A DNA stretch of 62,596 nucleotides, counting the filler, from Rhabdomonas costata (lineage: Eukaryota): NCBI GenBank assembly GCA_019059605.1. It is 43 parts of 43 records of this genome, joined end to end, with 100 filler letters (N's around TTAATTAATTAA, not from the genome) between each part and the next. Parts side by side here need not be neighbours in the genome. Positions count along the whole stretch, not along the records: positions 49,573 to 50,929 come from JAHMHO010018351.1; positions 51,030 to 52,386 come from JAHMHO010018352.1; positions 52,487 to 53,843 come from JAHMHO010018353.1; positions 53,944 to 55,300 come from JAHMHO010018354.1; positions 55,401 to 56,757 come from JAHMHO010018355.1; positions 56,858 to 58,232 come from JAHMHO010018356.1; positions 58,333 to 59,684 come from JAHMHO010018357.1; positions 59,785 to 61,140 come from JAHMHO010018358.1; 35 more parts are not named here. The stretch is one strand, 5' to 3'. A program made the position numbers and the translations under genes. The notes under the pieces are model-generated. The model was given only the letters and a program-made list of their open reading frames with translations. It was not told the DNA's origin and did no database searches. Of this stretch, positions 50,571-62,596 are shown one piece after another (the stretch's first letter is position 1; every line of letters starts with the position of its first letter).

Positions 50571-51200
50571 GCACGTGCCTGTGTGTGCGCGTTCACTTTA
50601 GGGATTGGCAGAATTCCCTAACTTCACTGTTTTGTGCGGAACCGTACTGTACGTATTTACCAATGTTTCAATTGTGTCATTTGTGATCAGTGTTTATGTG
50701 CTCAAGAAAACTGATCATCGGGGTTTGGAAACTGCGTCTTCCTGCATGAGCAATTTGGCACCTCCAAATTATTGCTGACCGAGTAACTGGTTGTTGCAGG
50801 GATCAGGATGAATGGTAGGGCAGCATCAGTGCAGGGTTGGAGGCCAGTCCTCGTCGCGGCCGGAGCGCGCGACAGCGGCGGGAACGTCGTAGCAACAATT
50901 GACAAGAACCCCGCCCCCGCCCCCCACACNNNNNNNNNNNNNNNNNNNNNNNNNNNNNNNNNNNNNNNNNNNNTTAATTAATTAANNNNNNNNNNNNNNN
51001 NNNNNNNNNNNNNNNNNNNNNNNNNNNNNTTGTTTGTTTCCTCCTTCGCACTGGTTTACCGTTCTATTTCTTCTCGCCTTCCTTCTTGTAAATTTCTTCG
51101 GTGACACCGCGCAGTGCATTAGTTGTGTTCCAGTCTGCTTTTCGTGTAACTCATTGCTGTTTTCCTTGCGTTCATCTTGTAAAAGCTGTTTGGTGCAGAC

Positions 51201-51742
51201 CCCATACTGCAATGTTGTTGCCAGGCTTTTCAACTGAAAAACATTGGGGTGTTGCTACCGCTCCCGCAGCTTGCTTTCCGAACGGCATGGCTGTTGGCCA
51301 TCTTGAGGTGGTAAAAGCACACACAGGCTCAGCAAAGCCCAAAACAAAACCACAAATAAAGCCTCGCAGCAAAGCTAGGACCTTTTTTCGCCTCCAGTGA
51401 TGTCTCCCAACTACGAAGCTTGGTCTCCCATTGCGTCAGCCTCCTGGCCATGGTCATGAGCTCTTCCTTCTTTCGGATCATTTCAGGCTGTGGGAGGGAT
51501 AAGCGCATAAACGCACACCTGGCAACAAACAAATACAAAGACAAAGCCGGAACCATAATACCCACACACTCACCCGCTCGGGAACAAAGAGAGAAATCCT
51601 AATTGCCCAAAGGAAGAAAACGATAAAACACATTTCTCCTCACCGTCTCTCGGCGGGCGCTCAAGGTGGTGCTAATGTACATGACGTAGACCAGGGCCGC
51701 CATGCTCAACGTGAAAACTGCGATGCGGCTGCTTCCGTGCAT
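51201..51742 (-). CDS. Type II membrane protein N-terminus (signal anchor plus coiled-coil stem)
   Basis: MHGSSRIAVFTLSMAALVYVMYISTTLSARRET|PEMIRKKEELMTMARRLTQWETKLRSWETSLE|LKSLATTLQYG. Confidence 0.6.
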
Positions 51743-52833
51743 ATTTCTTCACGTAACACGACAGTCTGCACAAAAACCTGAATGCAAAAGTAGGCGAAAG
51801 AATGCCAGCCGTTCTACACGACCCATTTCATGAGGCCCCGTTAGGGAGAGCCTTGTGCAACGGACGACAAATCAGCATGGGAAGGTGAAACTTCGAACGG
51901 TTCAGGGAAAGTTTTGTTCACAGCAGCGAACACGTGAAGCCTGTTTGCATCCCTCCTCCTTCTAGCTTTGATGCGAACAACTCCCGTAATATGGCAAAAA
52001 AAAAACGCCCGAAATATGGCAAAAAAAAACAGGTAAGATGGTTTGGCAAACAAAAATTGACAACTAGCTTTGGCGAAGAACAATGAAACTTGTGCGTTCA
52101 ATGTTTGAAGCTCGGCCGGAAACGCCCACACTTTTGTCCCTTCTTTGCACCACTGTCACTTTCGTATTGTCCACTTGCTGCACCACGGTAAGCACGTTAT
52201 TTCTACCCTGCGGACCCCCTTTTCTTGGCCAAACAGCAACCCGAAGCAGAGGCAGGCAAGTTTGCCGTAGCATTATACTTCCGCAGGACCACCACCACCC
52301 ACAACCCAAAGTCTACAGTGAACCCTCGGATTAAAAACGGTCTGCAAACGTGCGAGAATGAGGAGCGCTCTCAGTCACCCAACACCNNNNNNNNNNNNNN
52401 NNNNNNNNNNNNNNNNNNNNNNNNNNNNNNTTAATTAATTAANNNNNNNNNNNNNNNNNNNNNNNNNNNNNNNNNNNNNNNNNNNNGGTGGGGCTCTCAG
52501 GGCTGCACCACAATCTCGTTTTATACTCGCAAACGTTTGGAACGTCCCCCAATGTTTGCATGCCGCCACAAGAGACCCCCACCCGCAAGCTGCTTAACCC
52601 AATTGGCTCGGCAGATTTCGTTTTTTTGGGGGGGGGAGGGTTCGAATTGTTGGATTGCGTTCTCGGAAAAGTTCCTTGGGCAGGTTTGCACAGTAAATTC
52701 GGTAATATGGACCTCGATCTAAACCCGCATACGAATATCATTAAGATGGGCACGTCTGTGATACAAAGTCTTAAGTATTTTAGGAAAAGAAAACACGCGA
52801 CATGCGTAGGCAACCTGTCTCCGTTGTGGATCA

Positions 52834-53125
52834 GAGCAAAGCCTCTGCTGAAGATCTTCCACTGCCTCGGCAACTCAGCGTGCAGTCCGCAGGGCCTGTC
52901 GGCGGTTCCCAGGAGGCAGTCCGACCCAATACTGCGGAGGATGGTGCGGGTGCCACGACTCCCGATGCCGACGTCGACGAGGACTTCGATGACTTCCAGG
53001 AGGCCGAGGTGGTGGCGGCGCCCGCGGGGCATCCCGCTGAGGCACCTGCGGCTGTCCGGCGGGAGGTCCTACGCCTCCCCTCCCCACCCTCCCAACCCTC
53101 ACCCCTTTTGTCTGCGATGGATGAA
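52834..53125 (+). CDS. Disordered acidic exon with a DFDDF adaptor-ear-binding-like motif
   Basis: ...DADVDEDFDDFQEAEVVAAP... Confidence 0.5.
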
Positions 53126-54309
53126 GTCCGATGTTTCGTGCTCTGTGTTGTTTCTCGATGAAGCTGATGAGAACATGTCAAGCAGTCCGTTTGTGATAAT
53201 GATTCTGTTCCTTTGAACATCATTCCTTCACTTCCCCGGGCTCAATTGTTTTTCTGAGACACAGCTGTGAGGGTTGTAGCGCTCCCATCAAAAACCCACC
53301 GACAGTTATGACTCTTGTGTACCTCTGTGCTGTGGCATCAGGAGCTCGAATCCTCTGCGAGGCCCATGGAGGTTGCGCTGGGCCCATCCTCAGGTCGTTT
53401 AACTTGCAATATTCAACGTTTTTTCGGGCGGGGGTTGGGGGCACCAAATGGCTTAATTGGATTCTCTGGTTAGTTCACATTTGCTTTTTTGTATAACAAG
53501 TGTGTTTGCTCTGGATGGCCCTTCCTTTAACATTTTTTTCCGCCTTTTGGGTTAAGAAGACAGGGCGACCATAGTTATTGCCTATTTGTAAACTTCTCTA
53601 TTCACGTTATTGTATCCGCTGTCGGGGTGGACAGGACCCTTTTAAATATTGGAAGCAGGTACTGTTTTGCTGCTGCAGAAGCCCCACCACCGCCTCCGCA
53701 TCGGAGTGCCCCAGCGCCGCCCCGCCGGGCTGCCCCAGCACCCCCTCCCGTGCCAAAAGCAGAGGTATATTTCTCTGCTTAACACTCAGGCTGAGTGATT
53801 CTCAACAGGGAATGCACGCGCTCACAGGTTGGGGTCATAGAATNNNNNNNNNNNNNNNNNNNNNNNNNNNNNNNNNNNNNNNNNNNNTTAATTAATTAAN
53901 NNNNNNNNNNNNNNNNNNNNNNNNNNNNNNNNNNNNNNNNNNNGGGGTGTTGTTCGGCTGCCACAACCTCGTCCACTGGAATCTCTGCTTATGTAAACGC
54001 TTCGTCATCCGCTTCCATGTCATACTCTTATGGTCTAGCTGGAACCTCCAAACTCTCTGGAACCACCTCACCTTCATCTGCGTAAGGACTCCACACTGGG
54101 TCTAACCCTCTAACGTCTCCCTCTTCGTCGTCATCTTCTCCGTAATCCGGAATCTGCAATGGAGTCTGTCCTCCATTCGGCTCGGATATTGACATCTCTG
54201 AACTTCCCTCTGTAGCGACACTCATACCTGTGGATGGTGGTGGATCATCACTTCCTCCTTCCACATCTGGAACGCTGTCCCGTGGATCTTCACTGCCGTC
54301 CGCCTGATC

Positions 54310-55300
54310 CTCCGGTAACATTTACATGTGGTAAAGCACTCTCGTCTCGTACGTGATGAGATCGCTACTGGATGCGCTCTCCACCGCATCTGCGGTGGAA
54401 TGTCCAGCACAAATGTCGTCTCCATAATATTTTTAATGATGGTAAGCGGTCCCACTGCCTTTGGCATCAACTTCCTCTGGTGGTCTACAAAACTCCCCTG
54501 GTAATACTTCCGCTTACTGATCAACACATCCCACAAAAAATTTGTAATCCGCTCTTTTGCAATTGGCAAACGTAGCAGCCTTCTTCTTCTCCTTCTCGAA
54601 TGCCTCCCGCACTTTCTTTCAAGTGTTTGTTTTCATTTTCTGGATCTGGAATATTACGGGGACTTTACCTTCATTGTGCTCTGTAGACTCTGGAAGGTCC
54701 CACCAGGACACCGGGTGGTACCGTAATTCAGGTAGAATGGGCTGTACTCTGTATTGGAAATAGGCGCACTGTTGATTACAATCACCACCAGGACCAAAAG
54801 ATCCATCCAAGTTGTGCCTTGGTGCAAATAAATCAGCGTAGTAATCACCTGCTTCATGGCCTGGTTGGTACTTTTGGCTTGACCGTTGATCTGTGGATGG
54901 TACGGCGAGGATATTCTTCTATAGATGTCTAGGAAGGCCACAAAATCTCTCCAGAACACTGACATGAATATCGGATATCGACCGCTCACAATACTCCTTG
55001 GCAAGCCAATGTGTCTCACTACATCCCACCAGAACAACTTTGCAATGTAGTTGGCATCCATTTAGTTATGGCACGGTATCAACACAACCCTTTTCGCAGC
55101 AAGATATGTAACGGTCAACACTTCATTTAATCACCCAATTGCCATTTGACTGAAAACTTCCAATTTCCTGGCGGCATCAAACAAAATCCATTGAAATGAA
55201 CTTCCATTTATTCACAAACACATCCAACACCTGTGTAAGACATATTGTCAAATGGTGGTCCGCTTTGCATCTCTGACACACATCACATGTACGAACACAA
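54310..55300 (-). pseudogene. Decayed Ty3/Gypsy LTR-retrotransposon integrase with GPY/F module
   Basis: ISMDFV, IAKLFWWDVVRHIGLPRSIVSGR, SSPYHPQINGQAKSTNQ, YSPFYLNYG, KLMPKAVGPLTII...HPV; stops and frameshifts present. Confidence 0.92.
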
Positions 55301-56391
55301 NNNNNNNNNNNNNNNNNNNNNNNNNNNNNNNNNNNNNNNNNNNNTTAATTAATTAANNNNNNNNNNNNNNNNNNNNNNNNNNNNNNNNNNNNNNNNNNNN
55401 GTTTGGTGGTTGGGTTCCAGCCTTTCACTTTCCCTCCGGGTGCGTGTGTGTGTGTGTGTGTGTGTGTCCGATTCTTTTCATTTTTCAGTGCTTTTGCTTC
55501 CTCCGTTTTTCTAGTCGCTGCTTTTTGAAAGTCTGATACAGCCTGCGTTGGCTCCATGATTAAAGAAAACGTGAAGGTCTGCGGGCGCAGTGCGGGAAGT
55601 AGTCTCTGTTCTTTTTGCGATTGTTGTTGCCTTATGATGGAAAAGTTTGACGTTGTCCGTGGGCTAATTTGGGACTTCGGTTGAGGAGGCTAGATGAGTG
55701 TAAACCGGGACCCGGCCGGACGCAGTGTCCGCTTACGCCCAGTGTTCACGTCCTTAATCGTCTAAGGGTTGTGACGTGTGCTTACCACTGGCTGGGTCGC
55801 CATTTTGAAGGGGGAATAGTGTTCGCTACCAACACAGGAGGTGAAGTCAGCTCCGAAAGTGTCGGAGTCCTTCTGACGGGAGAGGTGTCTTTCCTATGCG
55901 GTTTAATGAAGCAAAACCGCGACCTCAGGGTGACAAGAGGATGCAGTGTGCGCCAGCGGGAGGCTGGTGCTGATATTTTACAGCGCCACGCGGCAGAGGG
56001 ATTGGCGACAGCACAACGCGTTTCTTTTTATCCGGCTGCATGGAATTGCGTGCACCTGAAGTGAACCACCTCCCTTCTGAAGTCGCAGCCGTGGCCGACC
56101 GGAAGGTTCGCTGTTTTCTGCTTTATCTTGGGTGGTGGTGTGAAAGCCGTCTAAGAAAAGTAAACCTGACTCTCAGTTTTCGGTGTGCAGAAGTCGTTGG
56201 CACCCCTGATACCTCCATTGCCCTGTTTCGCAGCCGTTCACAACCTTCCGGTGTCCCTGGACAACTGTTTCTGTTGATGATTCTCAGAGACCTGGTGACG
56301 CAGTGTCATGCGCTGCATAAAAGTGTTACGATGATTATGTGCGATTGCTGTTATGATTTCAATTCAGCCTTTTTGTCTTGTGTGTCCAACA

Positions 56392-56757
56392 ATGGCTGAC
56401 GCAGCACCGCCAGGTCGCCTGTTCTCGCTGCCCTTGGTGGCGATTGCAGTGGTGGTGGGGCTGCAGCTTTTTGTGGGAGGTGCTGATGCTGCTACGCGGT
56501 GGCACCAGCTGGAGGGCTACACCCCGGAGCACTACATTCAGGAGTTCGGGCGGCAGTACAGGTGATCTTTTTGCACAATACCGAAGATAGGCGTAGACGA
56601 ATAAAGAGAGGACATCAATGCTATTTCTGTGTTGCTGTTTGTGTTGCCGGATGCTCTGCATTTCAGCGCGCATGAGAAATCAACTCGCCTGAAGCTGCTG
56701 GCCACCAGGCTTGATGAGATTCGTCGCCACAACAAAAACCCTCATGCAAGCTGGAAG
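56392..56757 (+). CDS. Papain-family (C1A) cysteine protease: signal peptide and I29 propeptide; exons 56392-56561 and 56667-56757
   Basis: Hydrophobic signal, then YTPEHYIQEFGRQY|SAHEKSTRLKLLATRLDEIRRHNKNPHASWK (ERFNIN-like). Confidence 0.8.
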
Positions 56758-58143
56758 NNNNNNNNNNNNNNNNNNNNNNNNNNNNNNNNNNNNNNNNNNN
56801 NTTAATTAATTAANNNNNNNNNNNNNNNNNNNNNNNNNNNNNNNNNNNNNNNNNNNNGTTGTGTGGTAGAGGAACATCCACTAGATGTTCCTCTACCACA
56901 TTGTTAGCACAATTTTAGATGTTAACGGAGTTTGCTTGTAGCTAAAAATAGGAAAACGTGTTTCTAAACAGTTCGGTTCCGACACTACGCGGATCATGGG
57001 TAGAAGTAAGCGCAAGTTATCGGCATGTTAACTCGCACACATCTTGGAATAGGAATCGCGTCTCTGTCATCAAGTTACGCTCTCCATGTAACGTACGCTA
57101 TTGCTCTGCCTCTGTGGTGTTATGAATGTGCGTAGAGTGTAGCATCTTGGCAGGTGGTAGGAATCTCATCTTGGCATCGGCATCAAAAACACGGACCATT
57201 ACGCTTTGACACAAACGACAGGTTCTCACACGGACCCTCCGACTCACTGACAGTCAACAACACACTACAAGCACTACATACAGAGCACAAACACAAGAAC
57301 ACTAGAAGCAGAGACAATAGCAATATAAACACAATAGAGACAATAGAAAAATCACACCATGACTCTCCAACATCCTCGCATCCTGACAACACAAACACAC
57401 GGTGACAGTCCACTACAACCACAGCACAGCACGTAAACAGAACCAACAACGCCACGACACCAACAACGCCTCGACCCAACCACCATGACCCACCAACCCG
57501 AGAGCACAACAACAGCACTAGCACCAACAATCACGACACCACTACAAGAACAGCACAACCACATACCATTGACACAGAACCCGATTAGCCCAGCCCAATA
57601 CAACCACCCTATGAATCCATGACAACCCCTACAGTACTAACACAAACCATGCACTGACACTCCAACACTACCCCACAACTACGCCACTATCACAAGAACT
57701 TCCACCGTTTTATCTGAAGTTACCAAGCGTTGTATTCTGTTCAACTGGAGATTGTGCCTCACTAACTTTGATAGAGGAATTTGTACGATTCAAAGTTTTC
57801 CAAAATACTTTTAACAACCAAGAATTTTGCCACACTCCACCATCATCAATGTCTGGAATACCGTTTTACCCACCAACCTTGAAAATGGGGGGTAGAGGGT
57901 GGATTTCAGTTCCATGATGGAAAACTGGGAGTTCAGAGGCTTTTTAGTTTCGTTTTTGATAGTATTTTTCCGATCACGGGGAAAAAAGCAATAGAAGGAA
58001 AATTTGGTATTTTGGGGATTCGGCTTTATGGTTCGGTGTGCGTTTTTTTTATATAACTTCAGGGTTTTGTGTTTTTCTCCCTTCACACTTGCCGCTTAAT
58101 CATCTAATGCGGTGCTTTGTTCGCACCACAAGGCTCCCATTTG

Positions 58144-58144
<1 letters not shown>

Positions 58145-58232
<88 letters not shown>
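58145..58232. repeat. (CA)n microsatellite at a contig end
   Basis: Direct reading. Confidence 0.97.
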
Positions 58233-58380
58233 NNNNNNNNNNNNNNNNNNNNNNNNNNNNNNNNNNNNNNNNNNNNTTAATTAATTAANNNNNNNNNNNN
58301 NNNNNNNNNNNNNNNNNNNNNNNNNNNNNNNNTTGTTGGGTGGCACATAGAAGCGAGCGAATAGGTCAACTCGTACGCAC

Positions 58381-58557
58381 CCTGGGAAACCCCTCGGCGT
58401 CAATCAAGGGCTTGTCCACGCCTGCAGGGGTGGACTGCAGCACTTCCGTCACCACGGCAATCTCCTGCTCCAGCTGCTCCTTCCGCCGCATCAGCTCCGC
58501 CAGCCGAGGCTTCAGAACATCATACGAAAGCGACCCGCTGGCCAGGGTGACCTCCAT
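58381..58557 (-). CDS. PSMD9: 26S proteasome chaperone p27/Nas2, first exon
   Basis: LAELMRRKEQLEQEIAVVTEVLQSTPAGVDKPLIDAEGFPR|gtgcg (Nas2_N motif L.D.EG.PR). Confidence 0.88.
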
Positions 58558-60911
58558 TGTGTGTACGGGTGGGGACGGGGTTGGGTTAACACAGGGACCA
58601 AAAAAACAAGAAGATGAAGACCAGGAATGCCAGGAATGCGGTCCTTTGTTTTTTGGAAGGTAACAGCAAATCCTCAGTGTGGGTGGGTTATGGCGCTGGG
58701 TATGCTTCCCGAACACTGCGAAACGTTGGGCCGCAAGGTGGTACTTTGTGATCCGTTTTTCACCAGACGGGCAGGCTCCGAGAAAACCCGTCTGACCTGT
58801 CAGCAGGTTAATGCTCAAGCCCTTTCACCCAAAGATGGGGACCAGAATATGTTCGCCCAAGCTTCCGGCTTCTCCCAAGGCGTTTCAAGGAGCAAAGCAA
58901 TATAGCAGCGGGTCACATGTTTCAGAGCTTTGCCGAAATTCTGACCGAGAAGGAAACTCTGGAGGCAGAAAACCCTGGAGGACAGTCTCCAGGTGGTCCC
59001 TGAAGACTCAAAAGCTGCAGAGATCTCCATATCCTCCACGTACATATGCGACCTTTGCGTAAACAAGCGCCCTGCAGAACCTCAGACCGTGCGGAAGCAG
59101 AGACCGTCAATGGAAGGTGCTGTGCTGTGTCACCTTGCCGGGAAAGGTTTTCGGAAATTCTGCACAACCATTCGACATGTCCTTATGACTCCCGGCAGAG
59201 TCCCAAGGAACAAGAGGACGAAAACGACACTCACCGCAACAGCCACAAGCGCAGCAGACAACGGGACAGGAAAAGCAAGGCCGAAAAAAAAACGAGTAGA
59301 AAGCGCAGGCTAGTTCACTCCCCGTGTTAACCTTCTTCGCAAAACAACACGAAAGGTTTCCATCTCAGGTAGTAGGGTCCGCGAGAGAGAGAGAGAGAGA
59401 GGGTGAAAATCCCGACAAACCCTATCAAATTTGCGCATATTTTCCTTTCGTGCTCACAAGCTGGGGTAGCACTCGTGCTCACTGCTGCTGCTGCTGCACA
59501 CCCACACCCCACACCCACAAACCGGAAGCCAAGGTCCACATATCCAGATGTCAGATGCACATCTCGCGCGAAAAGAGAACAAGCCCACAAAAGCCTGAAA
59601 GTGGAAGCACACCTGGCGGCAGGAGTCTCACCCCATTTCCAACCTAAGCCTTCCACCCACAAGCATACGCCAGTCCACAAACAANNNNNNNNNNNNNNNN
59701 NNNNNNNNNNNNNNNNNNNNNNNNNNNNTTAATTAATTAANNNNNNNNNNNNNNNNNNNNNNNNNNNNNNNNNNNNNNNNNNNNGGTGGGGGGGGGGTCG
59801 AATTTTTGGTATAAAAGTGCCATCAAATGGTGCAAACAGGCAAAATTATTCAAAAATCGACCGAAAACAGGCGGAAAAGAAACGAGCCTAAAAACCAGCC
59901 TGCCTACATGGCCCAGGCGCAATTGTGGAAGAGGAGTATTTTTTTGAAACGCTTGATGGTAAAGAATCTTTTTAAGGAGGAAACAGGACCTGACAAGCGT
60001 TTGCACCCCAGAGGGTTAATTATTGTCCATTTTTCCAAAGTGATGGCCCCCTTGTAAATCGAGTCTTGTCAATTATTGGAAAGCAAAACCTACGCACGGT
60101 GCCTATAACAGGGAAATATCCACAATGCGTCTGCGCTTCGTCCTCAGGCGCGGGTCCAAATGCGTGTGACCTTTCTTGTGATTTGGCAACCCATTCCCGT
60201 CCGGCGCCTGAGTGGGTCCCACAGGACTGGCGCCCAGGCTTTGTCGGAGCAGGAACCGCACGGGACAACCCAAGTAAAATCTTCAATACGGGGGCTGGTG
60301 CCCGAATTCTGCGCCCCAAGATTCCCCCTCTTGCCCCAACCGCTCTGCTGCATAAAGTACCAGTAGTGTTAGAAACGATCGAACAGAAACGAACAGCTGC
60401 AGCTGAACGTCCACGTCCAAAGCTGCCATCACAAGGGAATTCCAACGTGGGCGAACATCCCGTGACTTTTTGCAAACCACAGCAGAACAACTCTTGGAGG
60501 GCAGGGGGCTTTAACTACACACGACGAGCAAGGCAAAGCCTGCGGAAACAACTCAGCTGGGTGAACCAGCCATCCTGCACAGTGCTGGGAAAGGCGCCGA
60601 AGTTTGCGTATTGCTTTGCGCAATAACGAACTTCATGACACGCCTTCGGTTTGTGAGTAGGAAACACAAACAGGGTCGTCAGCTAACATGCGCGACGATG
60701 GGGCTGAGAACAAGAAGTTTCGCAAGATCGGGGAAATTCATGTGGCCAAGCTTCGTCGCCGCTGTTCCTTGGAAAGAGGCTGCTCAGAAACGTTCGCCGA
60801 AACCAAAAGTGCCCACCTCCATGTTCATCACAAAAATCAGCGACACCACGAACGATGTTGCTGTAGACAAGATGCACAGCGCAAATCCGCCGCACGAATA
60901 CTAAACAACCA

Positions 60912-61133
60912 TCATCTGCTAAAGTGGTCGCAAAACGTTGTTGCTTCGATTGACATATAGACTTTATCACCCAGGGAGTGGGTCTCGCGAAACCCAATGC
61001 GGTCCAGCCACTCTTTCATTACAGGAAACACCGCAGGTCGCGTGGACACCGTCACCTTCTGCGCATCGGTTCGCAAGATCTCATGTGCAAGTCGGCACAT
61101 CAGCTGATGACCACACCCCCGTTGAGTGGACAC
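60912..61133 (-). CDS. GNAT-family acetyltransferase, C-terminal half
   Basis: QRGCGHQLM (motif A-like)...KVTVST...MKEWLDRIGFRE (motif B-like GF), then stop. Confidence 0.5.
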   Translation of the reverse strand: MSTQRGCGHQLMCRLAHEILRTDAQKVTVSTRPAVFPVMKEWLDRIGFRETHSLGDKVYMSIEATTFCDHFSR

Positions 61134-61501
61134 CCCACCCNNNNNNNNNNNNNNNNNNNNNNNNNNNNNNNNNNNNNNNNNNNNTTAATTAATTAANNNN
61201 NNNNNNNNNNNNNNNNNNNNNNNNNNNNNNNNNNNNNNNNGTTTTTTGTACTGTTTTTTTGCAGCAAAAGGAAAAAGGCAGCATTAGTAGCTAACACTGT
61301 GAGAAGTGGAACAGGAGAAGAGAGATGAGAACTTTGTTTTGAGCCATGTACACGTACGCCATGAGTGAACAAGATTAAAAGTTCCGTTCTGAAAAAGTTC
61401 CGGCAAGAAGGAGACATTGTACGCCTGTCGAGAAGGACAAAAAGCGAGTGGCGAGGCGTGCGTGTCTGCGTGGGTGTGCGTGGTTTCCGACGGGAACGGA
61501 C

Positions 61502-62391
61502 CTCCTTCTTCTTCTCCCCCACAACAATGGTGAACTTGCGCTCCGTGGAGGTGCCTGCCCGCAGCACCACTACGGCGACGGGGCGCCCGACCTGCCGGGC
61601 GTGCGTCCGCACGGCCTCCCGGAAGGCCACCATTGTCGGAGTGGGCACCCCTGAGTGCGATAATACGGTAAGGGAGGGGGAGGAAACCCACAATGGTGCG
61701 GGATACGGGTCAGCATTGCCTGATGGGGGGAAATACAGTAGGATCCCATCTCCTGCATCCAGTGCGCTTCCCCGTGACGCGACACCGATGGTTTCGGTGC
61801 TATTGACGTTCAAGGGGGGGGGGAGTCTGACGGTTTACTATTTTTCCCGTTGGAACATACATTAAAAAAATCCCCCACAGGGTAGGTTGGCGTCCCAGCC
61901 GCACGCTCCCGTCACGTCCCTGTGCTTGATTAATGCTGCCCCACTCGTCCGCCCTATCCTAATCCACTCATCAAGGAAGCACTTACAGAGAATCACCCAC
62001 CACAGACGACTACGAGGGGTCGGAATATTTTACCTTTTTCGAAATAGCAGAAAACAGATAACAGAATTTGTCAGTTTTCTTTCTTTTGCGAGTGTCATCC
62101 ATTACCCTCCCTTCCCCCAGTGTCAAAATGGGCCTTGGTTACCAAAAAGAAAAAGAGACAAGCATCTTTGCAAACACCGGATATGCGCGGCCATGCACCC
62201 CAGCAAAGGGGGCACACACATACACACGGATGCTCACACACCACCCAAGCTGACGAGGGTGTCGAGGTTCTGGATCCCCGCGCGCTCTGCCGGGCCCCCC
62301 TCCACGACGTCTCGCACCATGAGGTTCCGCCGCGAGCTGTCCGGTTTCACCGCCATCCCGATCCACGGCTTGCCTCGGGCATCCACTTGGC
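61502..62391 (-). CDS. PDZ-domain protein; exons 62242-62391 and 61502-61650
   Basis: KPWIGMAV...LMVRDVVEGGPAERAGIQNLDTLVSLG|GVPTPTMVAFREAV...VGRPVAVVVLR. Confidence 0.85.
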
Positions 62392-62596
62392 CTGAGCACC
62401 ACGACAGGCCGAGGACAGGGCAGTGGTTGACGGTTATTTTTGGCTCACCTGAAGTGGCTGTGAGTACTGCCTAGTTCCAATAATGCATGGCACCCCGGGG
62501 TTGACTAGTGTGACCAGGGAGCATCGCGCTCCGGGGTGCCATGCATTATTGGAACTAGGCAGTACTCACAGCCACTTCAGGTGAGCCAAAACCAAC

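Noticed and set aside
56902..57185. TG...CA segment followed by tggcatcgg, like an LTR plus primer-binding site
   Set aside because: No second LTR, poor tRNA complementarity, and no recognisable gag downstream.
57183..57603. Hydrophobic Val/Leu/Cys-rich minus-strand ORFs
   Set aside because: Produced by C/A-rich low-complexity sequence.
59785..60904. Alternative genetic code or stop readthrough to merge short ORFs
   Set aside because: Conserved genes elsewhere read cleanly in the standard code and predicted ends use TAA, TAG and TGA; the breaks are explained by introns.

Overview
This is not one contiguous locus. It is about 43 unrelated ~1.36-kb contigs joined by artificial 100-nt spacers (44 N + TTAATTAATTAA + 44 N). 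The DNA comes from an intron-rich eukaryote, probably a protist and possibly a euglenozoan (inference only). G/T-only tails and fold-back duplications at contig ends suggest GenomePlex/PicoPLEX-type whole-genome amplification. Most contigs carry spliced fragments of ordinary genes: eIF4E, proteasome beta-3, PSMD9/Nas2, Trm61, HemK, Vps10, an ABCG transporter, a Nudix hydrolase, F-box/WD40, two SET proteins, BEACH, a papain-family protease, and PDZ, SAM, BTB, LRR and GNAT proteins. There is also a decayed Ty3/Gypsy integrase. The most interesting signals are: (i) GC-AG introns and non-YAG acceptors; (ii) tight head-to-tail genes with acceptor-like AG just before the ATG, hinting at trans-splicing; (iii) A-tract-rich and tandem-repeat elements with Helentron/HINE-like architecture; (iv) several orphan genes. 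I found no convincing multi-gene novel system, and gene neighbourhood across spacers carries no meaning.
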